Positions 37,859 to 47,454 of a DNA stretch of 64,000 nucleotides are shown in pieces; the first letter of the stretch is position 1; each line of letters begins with the position of its first letter. Under the pieces are notes generated by a model. It ran no database searches, had not been told where the DNA came from, and saw nothing but the letters and a program-made list of their open reading frames with translations. The translations under genes were made by a program, and so were the position numbers. Source of the DNA: Candidatus Marinacidobacterium sp. (GTDB taxonomy: Bacteria; Acidobacteriota; Vicinamibacteria; Marinacidobacterales; Marinacidobacteraceae); NCBI GenBank assembly GCA_965204755.1, contig OZ242011.1:1728001-1792000 (forward strand). Direction: 5' to 3'.

Positions 37859-38446
37859 CTACCGGGGCGAAGGAGGCGGCGAGGCCGAAGCCGAGACCAG
37901 CGCCTCGTAGTTCTCCCGCGCGAATTCTTCCAGCGCTTCCGCGAGGTCGTCGGCGGCATCCCTCAGCCGCGTGGGCGCCTCCCGCGCCCTGCTCCCGTAG
38001 AAACTCCGTCGGATGCTCCCGACGGTGAACACCGCGTCCACATTGTGGATTTCGACGATCTGCTGGCTTTCCATCATCGACGCCGATCCCCGTCCCGAAC
38101 TCTGCTGGGTCAAGCGGGGAGCGATCGCGGTCCCGACGGCGTAGCGGACGACCTCGAGCGTCACCGCCGCTTCCTCCGGGTCGGCGGCGATCCGGAACCA
38201 CCGCCGGCGGCGGGCGATGCGGTCGGAAGCCTCGGCGGCGGCCGCTTCGAGTTGCGCCCGGAGATCGGCGTCGGCCGTTTCCGCCGCCCTTACGAAGACC
38301 GCGAAGGGAGTCTCCGGCTGGGCGGGCGCCGCCGCGGCGAGCGCGGCGGCGAACGCGGCGATGACCATGGCGGCCGCGGCCGGCAGGCCGGCGGCGGACG
38401 AGGCGCGGGACGACCGCGGCTCCGACTGTCGGTGAGGTCCTCTCAT
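37859..38446 (-). CDS. Secreted hypothetical protein, paralog 1 of tandem triplet
   Basis: Signal peptide; RRRRWFRI, EIHNVDAV, LRDAADDLAEALEEFARENY; ATGA overlap with thiI stop. Confidence 0.72.
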   Translation of the reverse strand: MRGPHRQSEPRSSRASSAAGLPAAAAMVIAAFAAALAAAAPAQPETPFAVFVRAAETADADLRAQLEAAAAEASDRIARRRRWFRIAADPEEAAVTLEVVRYAVGTAIAPRLTQQSSGRGSASMMESQQIVEIHNVDAVFTVGSIRRSFYGSRAREAPTRLRDAADDLAEALEEFARENYEALVSASASPPPSPR

Positions 38447-39855
38447 GACGCCTTTCCCGCCGGCTCCGCGAATCGTTCCGCCGCCGGCGCGTTCTCCATC
38501 GTAACCCGGCGCCCGAAATCCGGCGGCGCGAACGGAACGGTGACCTCCCCGCCGTCCACCACGCCGAGCAGCGAGTCCCCGAGCGAGTCCTCCACGAGCG
38601 CCTCCGAATCGGCGATCAGGCGGCTCTCCTCCGCCGCCACCCGCCGGGGCTCGGAGCGGGTCCGGGGGGAGCCGGCGATCAGCGCGCAGCAGTCCTTGGC
38701 CGGGACTTCCGAGATGGAATGGCTGCCGATGCGCCGGGCCTGCTCCATGATCGCCGACTTGGACATCCCGATCAGGGGCCGGAACACCGGCAGCGAGACC
38801 GCCGCGTCCGCGCTGACCAGGTTCTCGAGGGTCTGGGACGCCACTTGGGAGAGGCTGTCCCCGGTCACCAGGCCGGCGGCGCCGAACCGGGCGGCGGCGG
38901 ACTCGGCGCAGCGCAGCGCGAAGCGGCGGAACAGCAGCGCCGCGTAGCCACGGCCCCGGCCGGTGAGCGCGAAGTCGAACCGGGTGTAGGGGACGAGCAG
39001 CAGCCGGGAGCGGCCGGTGTAGCGGGAAAGGACGCGGGCCAGGCGAATCGCCTTCGCCGAAGCCGGGTCCTCCGGGTCGGGGCGGGCCGGGGTGAGGTGG
39101 ACGAAGTCGAGCGACGCGCCCCGGCCGGCCATCATCCAGGAGGCGACCGGCGAGTCGAAGCCGCCGGAGAGGAGGGCGGTCAGCCGCCCGGCGGCGCCCA
39201 CCGGCAGCCCGCCCGGCCCCCGCACCCGGCGGGTCCACCAGTACACCCCGTCCTCGTGGGCCTCGACGAAGACGGTGGACGCCGGGCGGCTCAGGTCCAC
39301 CCGGCGCCAGTCGGTGCGGTCGAGAACGGCGCGGCCGGCGGCTGCGGCGATCTCCTGCGAGCGGAAGGGGAACTGTTTGTTGCGGCGGCGCACATCGAGC
39401 GCGAAGCCCGCTTCGGGGGCCGGCGGCGATTCGGTGAGCGCGACCGTGATGTCCACCAGGCGGGCGAGCAGTCCCGGCGCCGCCGGCCCCTTCCAGCCGT
39501 CCGGCTGCGGCAGGACCCAGGCCGGAAGCGCCAGTTCCACCCCGAAGACGGTGCGGATGGCGGCGAGGCCCCGGTCGAGGTCCTCGGCGGTCGCGTCCGT
39601 CGGCTCGAACCAGATCCGGTCCCCCTGCGAGCGCGCGGCCCACCGGAGGCCGATGCCCTTGAGCCGCCGGCCGAGGTTCCGCTTCAGCGCCTCCCGGAAA
39701 GAGGGGCGGTTCCGGCCCTTGATCCGGATCTCCGGCGAGCGGATGAGCACCCGGCGAACGAGGCCCTCCGCCGGAGGCGCGTCGGGGGTCGCCGGCGGGG
39801 CGTCGGGAATCGCCGGGGGCGGCGCCTCGGGCCGGGCGGCGAGGACGGGGACCAT
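38443..39855 (-). CDS. thiI: tRNA 4-thiouridine synthase ThiI (THUMP plus PP-loop, no rhodanese domain)
   Basis: EIRIKGRNR, GPGGLPVG, PP-loop LLSGGFDSPVA, TGDSLSQVASQTLENL, FRPLIG, DCC. Confidence 0.92.
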   Translation of the reverse strand: MVPVLAARPEAPPPAIPDAPPATPDAPPAEGLVRRVLIRSPEIRIKGRNRPSFREALKRNLGRRLKGIGLRWAARSQGDRIWFEPTDATAEDLDRGLAAIRTVFGVELALPAWVLPQPDGWKGPAAPGLLARLVDITVALTESPPAPEAGFALDVRRRNKQFPFRSQEIAAAAGRAVLDRTDWRRVDLSRPASTVFVEAHEDGVYWWTRRVRGPGGLPVGAAGRLTALLSGGFDSPVASWMMAGRGASLDFVHLTPARPDPEDPASAKAIRLARVLSRYTGRSRLLLVPYTRFDFALTGRGRGYAALLFRRFALRCAESAAARFGAAGLVTGDSLSQVASQTLENLVSADAAVSLPVFRPLIGMSKSAIMEQARRIGSHSISEVPAKDCCALIAGSPRTRSEPRRVAAEESRLIADSEALVEDSLGDSLLGVVDGGEVTVPFAPPDFGRRVTMENAPAAERFAEPAGKAS

Positions 39856-39880
39856 GTTCTCGGGAGCGCCCTCCGATCGG

Positions 39881-39954
<74 letters not shown>

Positions 39955-40030
39955 AGCCGGTCGGAATGCATCTCCCGCATTCGTCCGCCCGACTCGCCGA
40001 AGCGGTCGCGCGGAACGCGGGACGGGAGGC

Positions 40031-40107
40031 TGGTACGCCTGAGAGGACTCGAACCTCTGACTTCTTGCTCCGGAGGCAAGCGCTCTAATCCGCTGAGCTA
40101 CAGGCGC
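40031..40107 (-). tRNA. tRNA-Arg(CCG)
   Basis: GCGCCTGTAGCTCAGCGGATTAGAGCG-CTTGC-CT-CCG-GA-GCAAG-AAGTCAGAGGTTCGAGTCCTCTCAGGCGTACCA. Confidence 0.96.
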
Positions 40108-40183
40108 TCCCAGCACGCCGGAAAACACGCCGGAAAAGGGTTGCGAAGCCTAGCAGCCCGGCGCCGCCGGGAGCCGGCGGCCG

Positions 40184-41158
40184 TCAGCGCCCCGCGAGGC
40201 GGCGCAGGAGGAAGGGCCGGAGGGCCGGGGTCGGCGCGCGGCACCAGATGACCGCATGGCCGGCGTCCTCCGGGGCCTCCGGTTCGAGCCGGACGAGCCA
40301 CGGCTTGGTCGGCCCCTCGTCCTGCGGCGTGTCCGCCGGGCCCGGCCGGACGGCGACGCGCGCGGGGTCGCAGACCAGGTGTTCCGGCGCGATCAGCCGG
40401 GTGAGGGCGAAGGAGTCGAACGGGTAGGTCGCCCGGCGGGAAGTGTGCTCCTCGAACCAGTCGAGATAGTCCTCCACCGGCCCGCTGAAGGTCTCCCCGA
40501 ACGGGGTGTCCCGGAGCGGCGCCCAGTCTTCCGCCGTGATCGGGACCGAGGCGGCGAGTTCGAACGGGACCAGGGTGATCGGGGCGCCGCCGGCGAGGAC
40601 GGTTTCGACCGCCGCCGGGTCGAGTTCGAAGTTGAAGTCGGGCAGGTTCGGGCCGCCGCCGGGGAAGACCAGCGGGCCTTCCGCGCGGCGGCCGACCACC
40701 AGCACCACCGACTCCAGCCGGGAGGCGAGCGCCGGGCGATCCCGCAGCGCGGCGGCGAGATTCGTGGCCGGCCCGAGGACCGCGACCGAGAGCGGGCCGG
40801 CTTCCAAGGCCTCCGCGAGCGCCCGGGAGGCCGGCGTGGGCTCGAACGACGGCGCCGCCGCGCCGGAATGGACTTCGAGCCCCGGCGGCCCGAACCGGGC
40901 GGCGATCTCCCGGGCGATCGGGACGCCCCGGTCGAGCGGCGCGTTCCCGAAGACGACGCTGACGCCGACGACCGAGACCTCCGGCGAGGCGAAGGCGAGG
41001 ACCATCGCGATCCCGTCGTCGGGCTCGTGGCCGCCCCGCATCACCGCCGGATCCACATCCAGCCACACCCGCCTCGGCGCGGCCGGCTGCCCGCCGGCGG
41101 GAAGCGCGCCGGAGAGGGCGAGCGCCGCCGGGAGGAAGACCCCGGCGGCGCGGATCAA
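40184..41158 (-). CDS. Inosine/uridine-preferring nucleoside hydrolase, probably exported
   Basis: VWLDVDP......EPDD, VSVVFGN, LGPATNLA, DFNFELDPAA; signal peptide; TTG 41158 overlaps the upstream stop. Confidence 0.82.
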   Translation of the reverse strand: MIRAAGVFLPAALALSGALPAGGQPAAPRRVWLDVDPAVMRGGHEPDDGIAMVLAFASPEVSVVGVSVVFGNAPLDRGVPIAREIAARFGPPGLEVHSGAAAPSFEPTPASRALAEALEAGPLSVAVLGPATNLAAALRDRPALASRLESVVLVVGRRAEGPLVFPGGGPNLPDFNFELDPAAVETVLAGGAPITLVPFELAASVPITAEDWAPLRDTPFGETFSGPVEDYLDWFEEHTSRRATYPFDSFALTRLIAPEHLVCDPARVAVRPGPADTPQDEGPTKPWLVRLEPEAPEDAGHAVIWCRAPTPALRPFLLRRLAGR

Positions 41159-43065
41159 ACCGCGGCCGGCGCGGTCTCCCGCTCCCGTTCGGCGGGCGAT
41201 TCCGCGGGCGCGGCGTAGGGGTTCGCCGCCCGGTCCTTCAGCAGGGTCTCGAAGCCGCCGGCGAGGAACCGCTGGGCCAGGTCGTAGGTCTCGCGGTCGG
41301 TGTTCCGGCGGAGCCCCCGGCGGAGCGCGGCGATCCGGAGGCGGGAGCGGTCGCAGAAGTCCTCGGCGAGGCCGCGCAGTTCGGCCTCCGGCGAACCGGC
41401 GGCGATGAGCGCCTCGGCGCGGACGACCGCCGCCACCTGGGCGTAGAGGTCGGCGCCGATGTCCACGAACCGCCCGAGCAGGACCTGGCGCTTCTCGAGT
41501 CCCGGCCCGTAGCGGAGCATCGCGTGGAAGAGGGCGCGGGCGAGCCGCCGGCTGTCCCGCGCCGCATGGCGGAGGCGCCGCCGCGCCCAGGCCGCGCCTC
41601 CGGGGGGCGCGGCCGCCGGTAGCCACTGCTTCCAGTACCAAGGGACATAGAAACCCGCGGCGCGGACCGCGGCGCCCAGCCGCCGGCCGAACGGCAGCGA
41701 CGGGTTCAGCACCGCGCCGGCGCGGCGGAGGTGCGGGTCGAGCACCTCGCGGGAGAGGAACAGCCGCAGGATCTCGCTCGAGCCTTCGAAGATCGTGTTG
41801 ATGCGGTTGTCGCGGAGCGTGCGCTCCGCCGGGAACGGGCGCTCGCCGCGCGCCGCCAGCGAGTCCGCGGTCTCGTAGCCCCGGCCGCCGAGCACCTGCA
41901 CGGTCTCGTCGGCGATCCGCCAGGCCGCTTCGCTGGCGTACATCTTGGAGATCGCCGCTTCGATGCGGATGTCCGCGCTCCCGCCGTCCACGAGGAGCGA
42001 GGTCAGGTCGGACATCGCTTCCATCGCGAAGGTGTCCGCCGCCATCCGGCCGATCTTGTCGGCGATCGCCGCGTGCTCGCCGATCGGCGAGCCCCACTGC
42101 ACCCGCTCCCGGGCCCAGGTCCGGGCGATGTAGAGCGACCGCTTGGCCGTTCCCAGGCAGATCCCCGGAAGCGTCAGCCGGCCGGTGTTCAGGGTGGTGA
42201 GCGCCACGCGGAGCCCGGCGCCCTCCGGGCCGAGCACATTCGCCCGGGGGATCCGGACATCGGTGAACCGGATCACGCCGTTGTAGAGCGCCCGGAGCCC
42301 CATGAACCGGCACCGGCGGACGACCTCCACGCCGGGCCAGCGGGTGTCCACGATGAAGGTGGTGATGCCCTCCCGGCCTCCCGGCTTCGTCGCCGGCGTC
42401 CGGGCCATCACCACCAGCCAGCGGGCCTTCGTGCCGTTCGTGCACCAGAGTTTCTCGCCGTTCAGGACGAAGTGCCCGCCGTCCGGCGCGGGTTCGGCGC
42501 GCGCCTTCATCCGGGCGGCGTCGGAGCCGACCGAGGTCTCGGTGAGCGCGAACGCGGAGATGTCCCCGGCGGCGACCCGGGGCAGGTACTCGCGCTTCTG
42601 CTCGTCGGTGCCGAACATCAGCACCGGCTGCGCGATGCCGATGGACTGGTGGGCCGAAAGGAGCGAGGCGAGGCTGCCGCAGTGGCTTCCCACGACGGTG
42701 GCGGCCCGGGTGTAGGTACGCTGCGAGAGGCCGAGGCCGCCGTATTCCTTGGGGATCTTGATGCCGAACGCGCCGAGTTCGACGAGGCCGGCCATCACTT
42801 CGTCGGGGATCTCGCCGGTCCGGTCGATCTCGTCGGCGTCCACCCGGTCGAGCAGGAAGGACTCCAGCCGCCCGAGGAACGCCTCGCCTTCCGGTTCGAC
42901 GCCGGGCTCGGGGTAGGGCCGCACCAGGTCGGCGGCGAGTTCGCCGAGGAACAGCCGGCCGGCGAAGGTCGGGTACCGCCAGACCGTCTCCCGCGCCGAC
43001 TCGGCGAGTTCGAAGGCCGCCCGCTTCCCGGCGGTCATCCGCGAGGTGTCGAGCGGTTGGGACAT
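41155..43065 (-). CDS. Acyl-CoA dehydrogenase (long-chain/VLCAD-like)
   Basis: FGIKIPKEYGGLG, AHQSIG, AFALTE..GSDA, LNGEKLWCTNG, LNTGR, QVLGGRGY, RINTIFEGSSEI. Confidence 0.92.
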   Translation of the reverse strand: MSQPLDTSRMTAGKRAAFELAESARETVWRYPTFAGRLFLGELAADLVRPYPEPGVEPEGEAFLGRLESFLLDRVDADEIDRTGEIPDEVMAGLVELGAFGIKIPKEYGGLGLSQRTYTRAATVVGSHCGSLASLLSAHQSIGIAQPVLMFGTDEQKREYLPRVAAGDISAFALTETSVGSDAARMKARAEPAPDGGHFVLNGEKLWCTNGTKARWLVVMARTPATKPGGREGITTFIVDTRWPGVEVVRRCRFMGLRALYNGVIRFTDVRIPRANVLGPEGAGLRVALTTLNTGRLTLPGICLGTAKRSLYIARTWARERVQWGSPIGEHAAIADKIGRMAADTFAMEAMSDLTSLLVDGGSADIRIEAAISKMYASEAAWRIADETVQVLGGRGYETADSLAARGERPFPAERTLRDNRINTIFEGSSEILRLFLSREVLDPHLRRAGAVLNPSLPFGRRLGAAVRAAGFYVPWYWKQWLPAAAPPGGAAWARRRLRHAARDSRRLARALFHAMLRYGPGLEKRQVLLGRFVDIGADLYAQVAAVVRAEALIAAGSPEAELRGLAEDFCDRSRLRIAALRRGLRRNTDRETYDLAQRFLAGGFETLLKDRAANPYAAPAESPAERERETAPAAV

Positions 43066-43110
43066 CGGGTCGGAGGGTCGGCGGTCGGCGGCGGCGGCGA
43101 ATTCCCGATT

Positions 43111-43944
43111 CTACGCGGGGGGCGGCGGACCGCCGGGGTCTGCCGCGCGCCCGGCGAAGGTGTCCATCGCCGCGTGGATGCCGAAGAACGCGGCGATCGG
43201 GTCGAGCCAGCCGGCGGGGAGCAGGCGGAGCAGTCTCAGGGAGTGGACGAACCGGGGGCGGATCACCAGGGCGCGGTCGCGCTCGACGGCGCGGAGCGCC
43301 GCTTCGGCCACCGTCTCCGGTTCCAGGATCGGGAGCAGCCGGGGGAACCGGGTGCGGACGCCGGCGAACATCCCGGTGTTCACGAAGAAAGGGCAGACCA
43401 GGGTGGCGCCGACTCCGGGGGCCTCGCGGCGGAGTTCGGCGCGGAGCGACTCGTGGAACCCGACGGCGGCGAACTTGGAGGCGCAGTAGTCCGAGAGGCC
43501 GGGGACGCCGACGAGTCCGCCGGCCGAGGCCATGGTGACGATGCGGCCCCGGCCCCGGCGGATCATCGAGGGCAGGAAGGCGCGGGTCGTCCAGAAGAGC
43601 GAGGCGGCGTTGACCGCGAGCGTCCGCTCCACTTCCCCGGGGGAAAGGTCGGAGAAACGCTTGCCGGAGACCACCCCGGCGTTGTTCACCAGGATGTCCA
43701 CCGGCCCGCGCTCCGAGACCAGGCGCGCGGCGGCGGCGTCCACCGCTCCCCGGTCCGCCACATCCACCGCCTGGCCGACGACGGGTTCCGCGCCGGCGAC
43801 TTCGGCTTCCGCCGCGCGAAGGGCCTCCGCATCCCGATCCCAGAGGACGACCGACGCCCCTCGGGCGGCCGCGCCCTTCGCGATGGCGAGCCCCATCCCC
43901 CGGGCGCCGCCGGTGACCAGGATCCGGCTTCCGCGCAGGTTCAT
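43111..43944 (-). CDS. Short-chain dehydrogenase/reductase
   Basis: LVTGGARGMG, ILVNNAGV, YCASKFA. Confidence 0.92.
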   Translation of the reverse strand: MNLRGSRILVTGGARGMGLAIAKGAAARGASVVLWDRDAEALRAAEAEVAGAEPVVGQAVDVADRGAVDAAAARLVSERGPVDILVNNAGVVSGKRFSDLSPGEVERTLAVNAASLFWTTRAFLPSMIRRGRGRIVTMASAGGLVGVPGLSDYCASKFAAVGFHESLRAELRREAPGVGATLVCPFFVNTGMFAGVRTRFPRLLPILEPETVAEAALRAVERDRALVIRPRFVHSLRLLRLLPAGWLDPIAAFFGIHAAMDTFAGRAADPGGPPPPA

Positions 43945-45392
43945 CGGCCGGCGGCCCCCTTCGGAGGGGCGAAGTAGGGGGCGAGCGCCGTTTCCGGCGG
44001 TTTCGGCGTCAGCAGGCTCACGACGACCCCGAGCAGGAGGGACACGACGACGCCGGGCGCGACCGGATGGACCTGCTCCGGCCCGAACCCCGGCCAGGGG
44101 AAGAGGTCCGCCTGCCACAGGAACACCGCGGCGACGCCGCCCAGCATGGCGGCGAGCGCTCCTTCGCGGGTCAACCGGCGCCAGAGGACGCCGACGACGA
44201 CCGGGACGAAGAAGGCGCTCGCCATGATCGCCGTGAAGAGCAGCACGATGAACTGGACGAGTTCCCCTTCGCCGACGCCGCTCAGGATGAGCGCCAGCGG
44301 CGCCGAGCCGACGAGCAGGATGCCGAAGCGGGCGGCGCGAAGGCGGGCGGCCGCGCCCATCCCCGGCCGGAACACGCCCAGCAGGTCGTGGGAGAGGGCG
44401 GAGCCGGCGACGAGGAGCAGCGAGTCCACCGTGGACATGATCGCGGAGACGATGGCGGCGAGCAGGATCGTCCCCAGCACCGGAGGGAGGGCGTAGGACG
44501 CCATGATCGGCATCGCCCGGTCGGAACTCGGCAGGATCGGGAAGAGGCCCACCGACGCCAGCGCCACGAGGAAGACCAGCAGGTTCACGCCGGTGGCGAC
44601 CGCCATGGCGAGCAGCAGCCCCCGGCGGATGGAGCGCTGGTCGCGCATCGCGTAGAGCCGGACCAGTTTCTCGGGCGTGGCCACCCCGCCGAGCAGGAAC
44701 GAGATGCCCATGGTGAACAGCAGGAGCGCCGGGACCGAACCGAAAGCGAAGGTCTCCGGGCGGAGGGCTTCGGCGGCGGCGAAGAGCGGGCCCGGCCCGT
44801 CCAGCAGCCGGAACGCCCACGGCGCGGCGAGCAGCGCGCCGACCACCATGACCGCGAGTTGGGCCAGGTCGGTGTACACCACGGCGACCATCCCGCCGAC
44901 GGCGGTGTAGGCGAGCAGGATCAGGGTGAACGCCGCCATCCCGGCGGTCGGGGAGATGCCGAAGACGGTCTCCGCGATCAGCCCGCCGGCCAGGACCTGG
45001 GCCTGGATGTACACCGTGGTGGCGACCAGGATCACGCCGGCGCCGACCGCCCGGGCGCGGCGGCTCGCGTAGCGGCGCTCGAGGAACGCAGGCAGGGTGA
45101 GTTCGCGGGTCCGGGCGAACCGGGGAGCGAGCACCGCCGCCATGAACCAGTAACTCAGCGGGATGAACAGGACGAGCCAGGTGAACTCCCAGCCCACCGA
45201 GTGGATGACCCCGACCGTGCCGATGTAGGTGCCGGCGCTGGCGTGGGTGGCGGCCAGCGTGGCGCCGCCGAGGAACCAGCCGAGCCGGCCGCCGGCGATC
45301 CAGTAGTCGCCCTCGCCGGCGGTGCGGCGGAGCGCCGCCGCCCCGATGGCGAAGATCGCCGCCAGGTAGGCGCCGAAGACGAGGGCGGTCAC
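43941..45392 (-). CDS. Sodium:solute symporter (SSS/PutP-PanF family)
   Basis: DYWIAGG, ASAGTYIG, YTAVGGMVAVVYTDLAQ, SAIMSTVDS; about 13 TM segments. Confidence 0.92.
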   Translation of the reverse strand: MTALVFGAYLAAIFAIGAAALRRTAGEGDYWIAGGRLGWFLGGATLAATHASAGTYIGTVGVIHSVGWEFTWLVLFIPLSYWFMAAVLAPRFARTRELTLPAFLERRYASRRARAVGAGVILVATTVYIQAQVLAGGLIAETVFGISPTAGMAAFTLILLAYTAVGGMVAVVYTDLAQLAVMVVGALLAAPWAFRLLDGPGPLFAAAEALRPETFAFGSVPALLLFTMGISFLLGGVATPEKLVRLYAMRDQRSIRRGLLLAMAVATGVNLLVFLVALASVGLFPILPSSDRAMPIMASYALPPVLGTILLAAIVSAIMSTVDSLLLVAGSALSHDLLGVFRPGMGAAARLRAARFGILLVGSAPLALILSGVGEGELVQFIVLLFTAIMASAFFVPVVVGVLWRRLTREGALAAMLGGVAAVFLWQADLFPWPGFGPEQVHPVAPGVVVSLLLGVVVSLLTPKPPETALAPYFAPPKGAAGR

Positions 45393-45511
45393 TCCGGGCG
45401 CCTCGATTCGCCTCGGTCTTCGCGGCGTTCCGCCCGGCGCATCCAGACGGCGTACGCCAGGAGGAGGACGAAGTAGGAGGCGAAGAGGCCCCAGAAGGAG
45501 AAGCGGGTCAC
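45389..45511 (-). CDS. 40-aa single-TM protein, probable SSS accessory subunit (absent from the ORF track)
   Basis: Translated by hand: MTRFSFWGLFASYFVLLLAYAVWMRRAERREDRGESRRPE; GTGA overlaps with neighbours at both ends; GGAGG upstream. Confidence 0.75.
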   Translation of the reverse strand: MTRFSFWGLFASYFVLLLAYAVWMRRAERREDRGESRRPE

Positions 45512-46014
45512 GACGCCTCCCCGGAGGGGCGGCGGAACAGCCGGAACGCGCCCAGGCCGCCGAGTCCCAGCAGGATCAGGAGCGCCGCGCCGTCCACCAG
45601 CGCCGCCGCGCCGATCGCGGAGGCGTCCTCCGGAACCACCCGGAAGCGGACCAGCGACGGCGGGGCCGGCGTCGCGATCCGCGTCACGCCGTCCGGGGAG
45701 TCGCCGCGGGGCGCGGGGAAGACCTCCGCCAGCCGGAACCCCGGCGGCGGAGTGATCTCGGCGCTGAACCGGAGGGCGGCCGGATCCGCGGGCGCCGTCG
45801 TCGGCAGGGGAACCGGGATCCGCACGAAGCCGCCGCGCGGCGGCAGGGATCCGGTCCGGAACCGCCGGGCGCCGTCGGCTTCGGCTTCGGGGAGCGGGAT
45901 CCGTTCGGCGCGGAACCCGTCCCCGGCGGACGCGAGCCGATGGAACTCCGGGGGCGGTTCGCCGTCCGGGAGGCGCACCAGCGTGACGGCGTCGGCGCGG
46001 TCGGGGACGCTCAT
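45508..46014 (-). CDS. Hypothetical protein with C-terminal TM; frame extends upstream to about 46125 with a signal-like segment
   Basis: C-terminal ALVDGAALLILLGLGGLGAFRLFRR; in-frame upstream KTGPLPGAAFALLAAAAGGQE lacks a canonical start. Confidence 0.6.
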   Translation of the reverse strand: MSVPDRADAVTLVRLPDGEPPPEFHRLASAGDGFRAERIPLPEAEADGARRFRTGSLPPRGGFVRIPVPLPTTAPADPAALRFSAEITPPPGFRLAEVFPAPRGDSPDGVTRIATPAPPSLVRFRVVPEDASAIGAAALVDGAALLILLGLGGLGAFRLFRRPSGEAS

Positions 46015-46126
46015 CCGCGCGGTCAGGGCGAAACCCGCGGCGGGCGCCGCTTCCTGCCCGCCGGCAGCCGCGGCCAGCAGCGCGAACGCCGCGCCGGGCA
46101 GGGGCCCGGTCTTCGCTACGCCCAGA

Positions 46127-47338
46127 CTACGCCCAGACTTCGCCCAGCACGCGAAGGGCGTTTTCGCCCATGACCTTGCCGATGTCCTCGTCGGAGTACC
46201 GGTGCTTCACCAGCCACCGGAGGATGTTCTTCGACCCCTCCACCGGGTTCTCGATCCCGGCCACATAGGGGACGCGCTCGAACGAGGGCGCGTCCGGACG
46301 CGCCGCCGCCTTCGCGATGGAGAGCGCGTCGGCGTACACCCCGTGGAGCCCCGCGTGGTCGCCGAAGACCGTGTCCGGCCCGAAGCCCACATGATCCACC
46401 CCGACCAGATCCTTCACGAACTCGAAGTGCTCCATGAAGGACTCGAGGCCGTGCCGGGGATGGCGTTCGGTGAGCGTGGTGTGCGGCGCGGCCTCGATGC
46501 CGATGATCCCGCCCTTGTCGGCGCAGGCCTTCAGCACTTCGTCCGGGGCCATCCGCCGGGTGTTCCAGAGCGAGCGGGCGCCGATGTGGGTGATGGAGAC
46601 CGGGCGGTCGCTGGCCTCGATCACCTCGAGCGTCGTCCGGTCGCCGCAGTGCGCGGTGTCTATCAGCATCCCCACCCGGTTCATGCGCTCGACCACCTGC
46701 CGCCCGAACGCGGTCAGGCCGCCGTCGTTCGCCTCCTTGAGGCCGCTTCCCAGCGCGTTCGATTCGCTGTAGGTGATCCCCATCTCGCGCACGCCGAATC
46801 CGTAGAGCGCCTCCACCCGGTCGAGTTCGTTCTCGATCGGGGCCGCCCCTTCGATGGCGGCCACCCAGGCGATCCGCCCCTCCGCGTGCGCGGAGCGGAT
46901 GTCGGCCACCGAACGGCAGTGGACCAGGAAGTCCTGGTGGGCGAGGTCGGCGAGCCGCATCCCGAGGTCGTGGAGCACCTCGTTCCACTTCCAGCCGCTC
47001 CGCGACTCGATCCGGCAGATGCCGTCGAGCAGGTTGTCGAAGACGCAGTCCCAGTCGGATTCGGCGAGGGCGGCGAACGGCGTGAACACCCGCCCGTCGC
47101 GGACATAGTCCGGCGTCTCGGCGATGTCCAGCGGGAAGGCGCCCAGGTGCTCGTGGAGCGAAACCAGAACCAGGTCCCGGGCGAGCCGCCCGGCCCGGGC
47201 CTCTTCCTCCGGCGAGAGCGGAACCGGGTGCGCCGGGAACAGGTCGGCGGTGTCCGCGAGTTCCCGCTCCCGGTAGTCCTCGCCGGCGCGGAGGTAGCCG
47301 AACGAGCGGTAGTCGGTGCCGATCTTGTTCCGTCCCAC
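46127..47338 (-). CDS. Membrane dipeptidase family (M19) metallopeptidase
   Basis: SLHEH, IEGA, GITYSESN, GLTAFG..VERMN..GMLIDTAH, ITHIGAR, VGVDHVGFGPD, KVMGENALRV. Confidence 0.88.
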   Translation of the reverse strand: MGRNKIGTDYRSFGYLRAGEDYRERELADTADLFPAHPVPLSPEEEARAGRLARDLVLVSLHEHLGAFPLDIAETPDYVRDGRVFTPFAALAESDWDCVFDNLLDGICRIESRSGWKWNEVLHDLGMRLADLAHQDFLVHCRSVADIRSAHAEGRIAWVAAIEGAAPIENELDRVEALYGFGVREMGITYSESNALGSGLKEANDGGLTAFGRQVVERMNRVGMLIDTAHCGDRTTLEVIEASDRPVSITHIGARSLWNTRRMAPDEVLKACADKGGIIGIEAAPHTTLTERHPRHGLESFMEHFEFVKDLVGVDHVGFGPDTVFGDHAGLHGVYADALSIAKAAARPDAPSFERVPYVAGIENPVEGSKNILRWLVKHRYSDEDIGKVMGENALRVLGEVWA

Positions 47339-47454
47339 GGGCGCCTCCTGTCCGGGCGGGGAGTCTTCGGGAGCGGGGACGATGCTACCGCCGACCGCTG
47401 ATACGGTTTTCCGCCCCTCTTCCCGCCCCTTTCGTCCCGACCTCGGAGCGCCCG

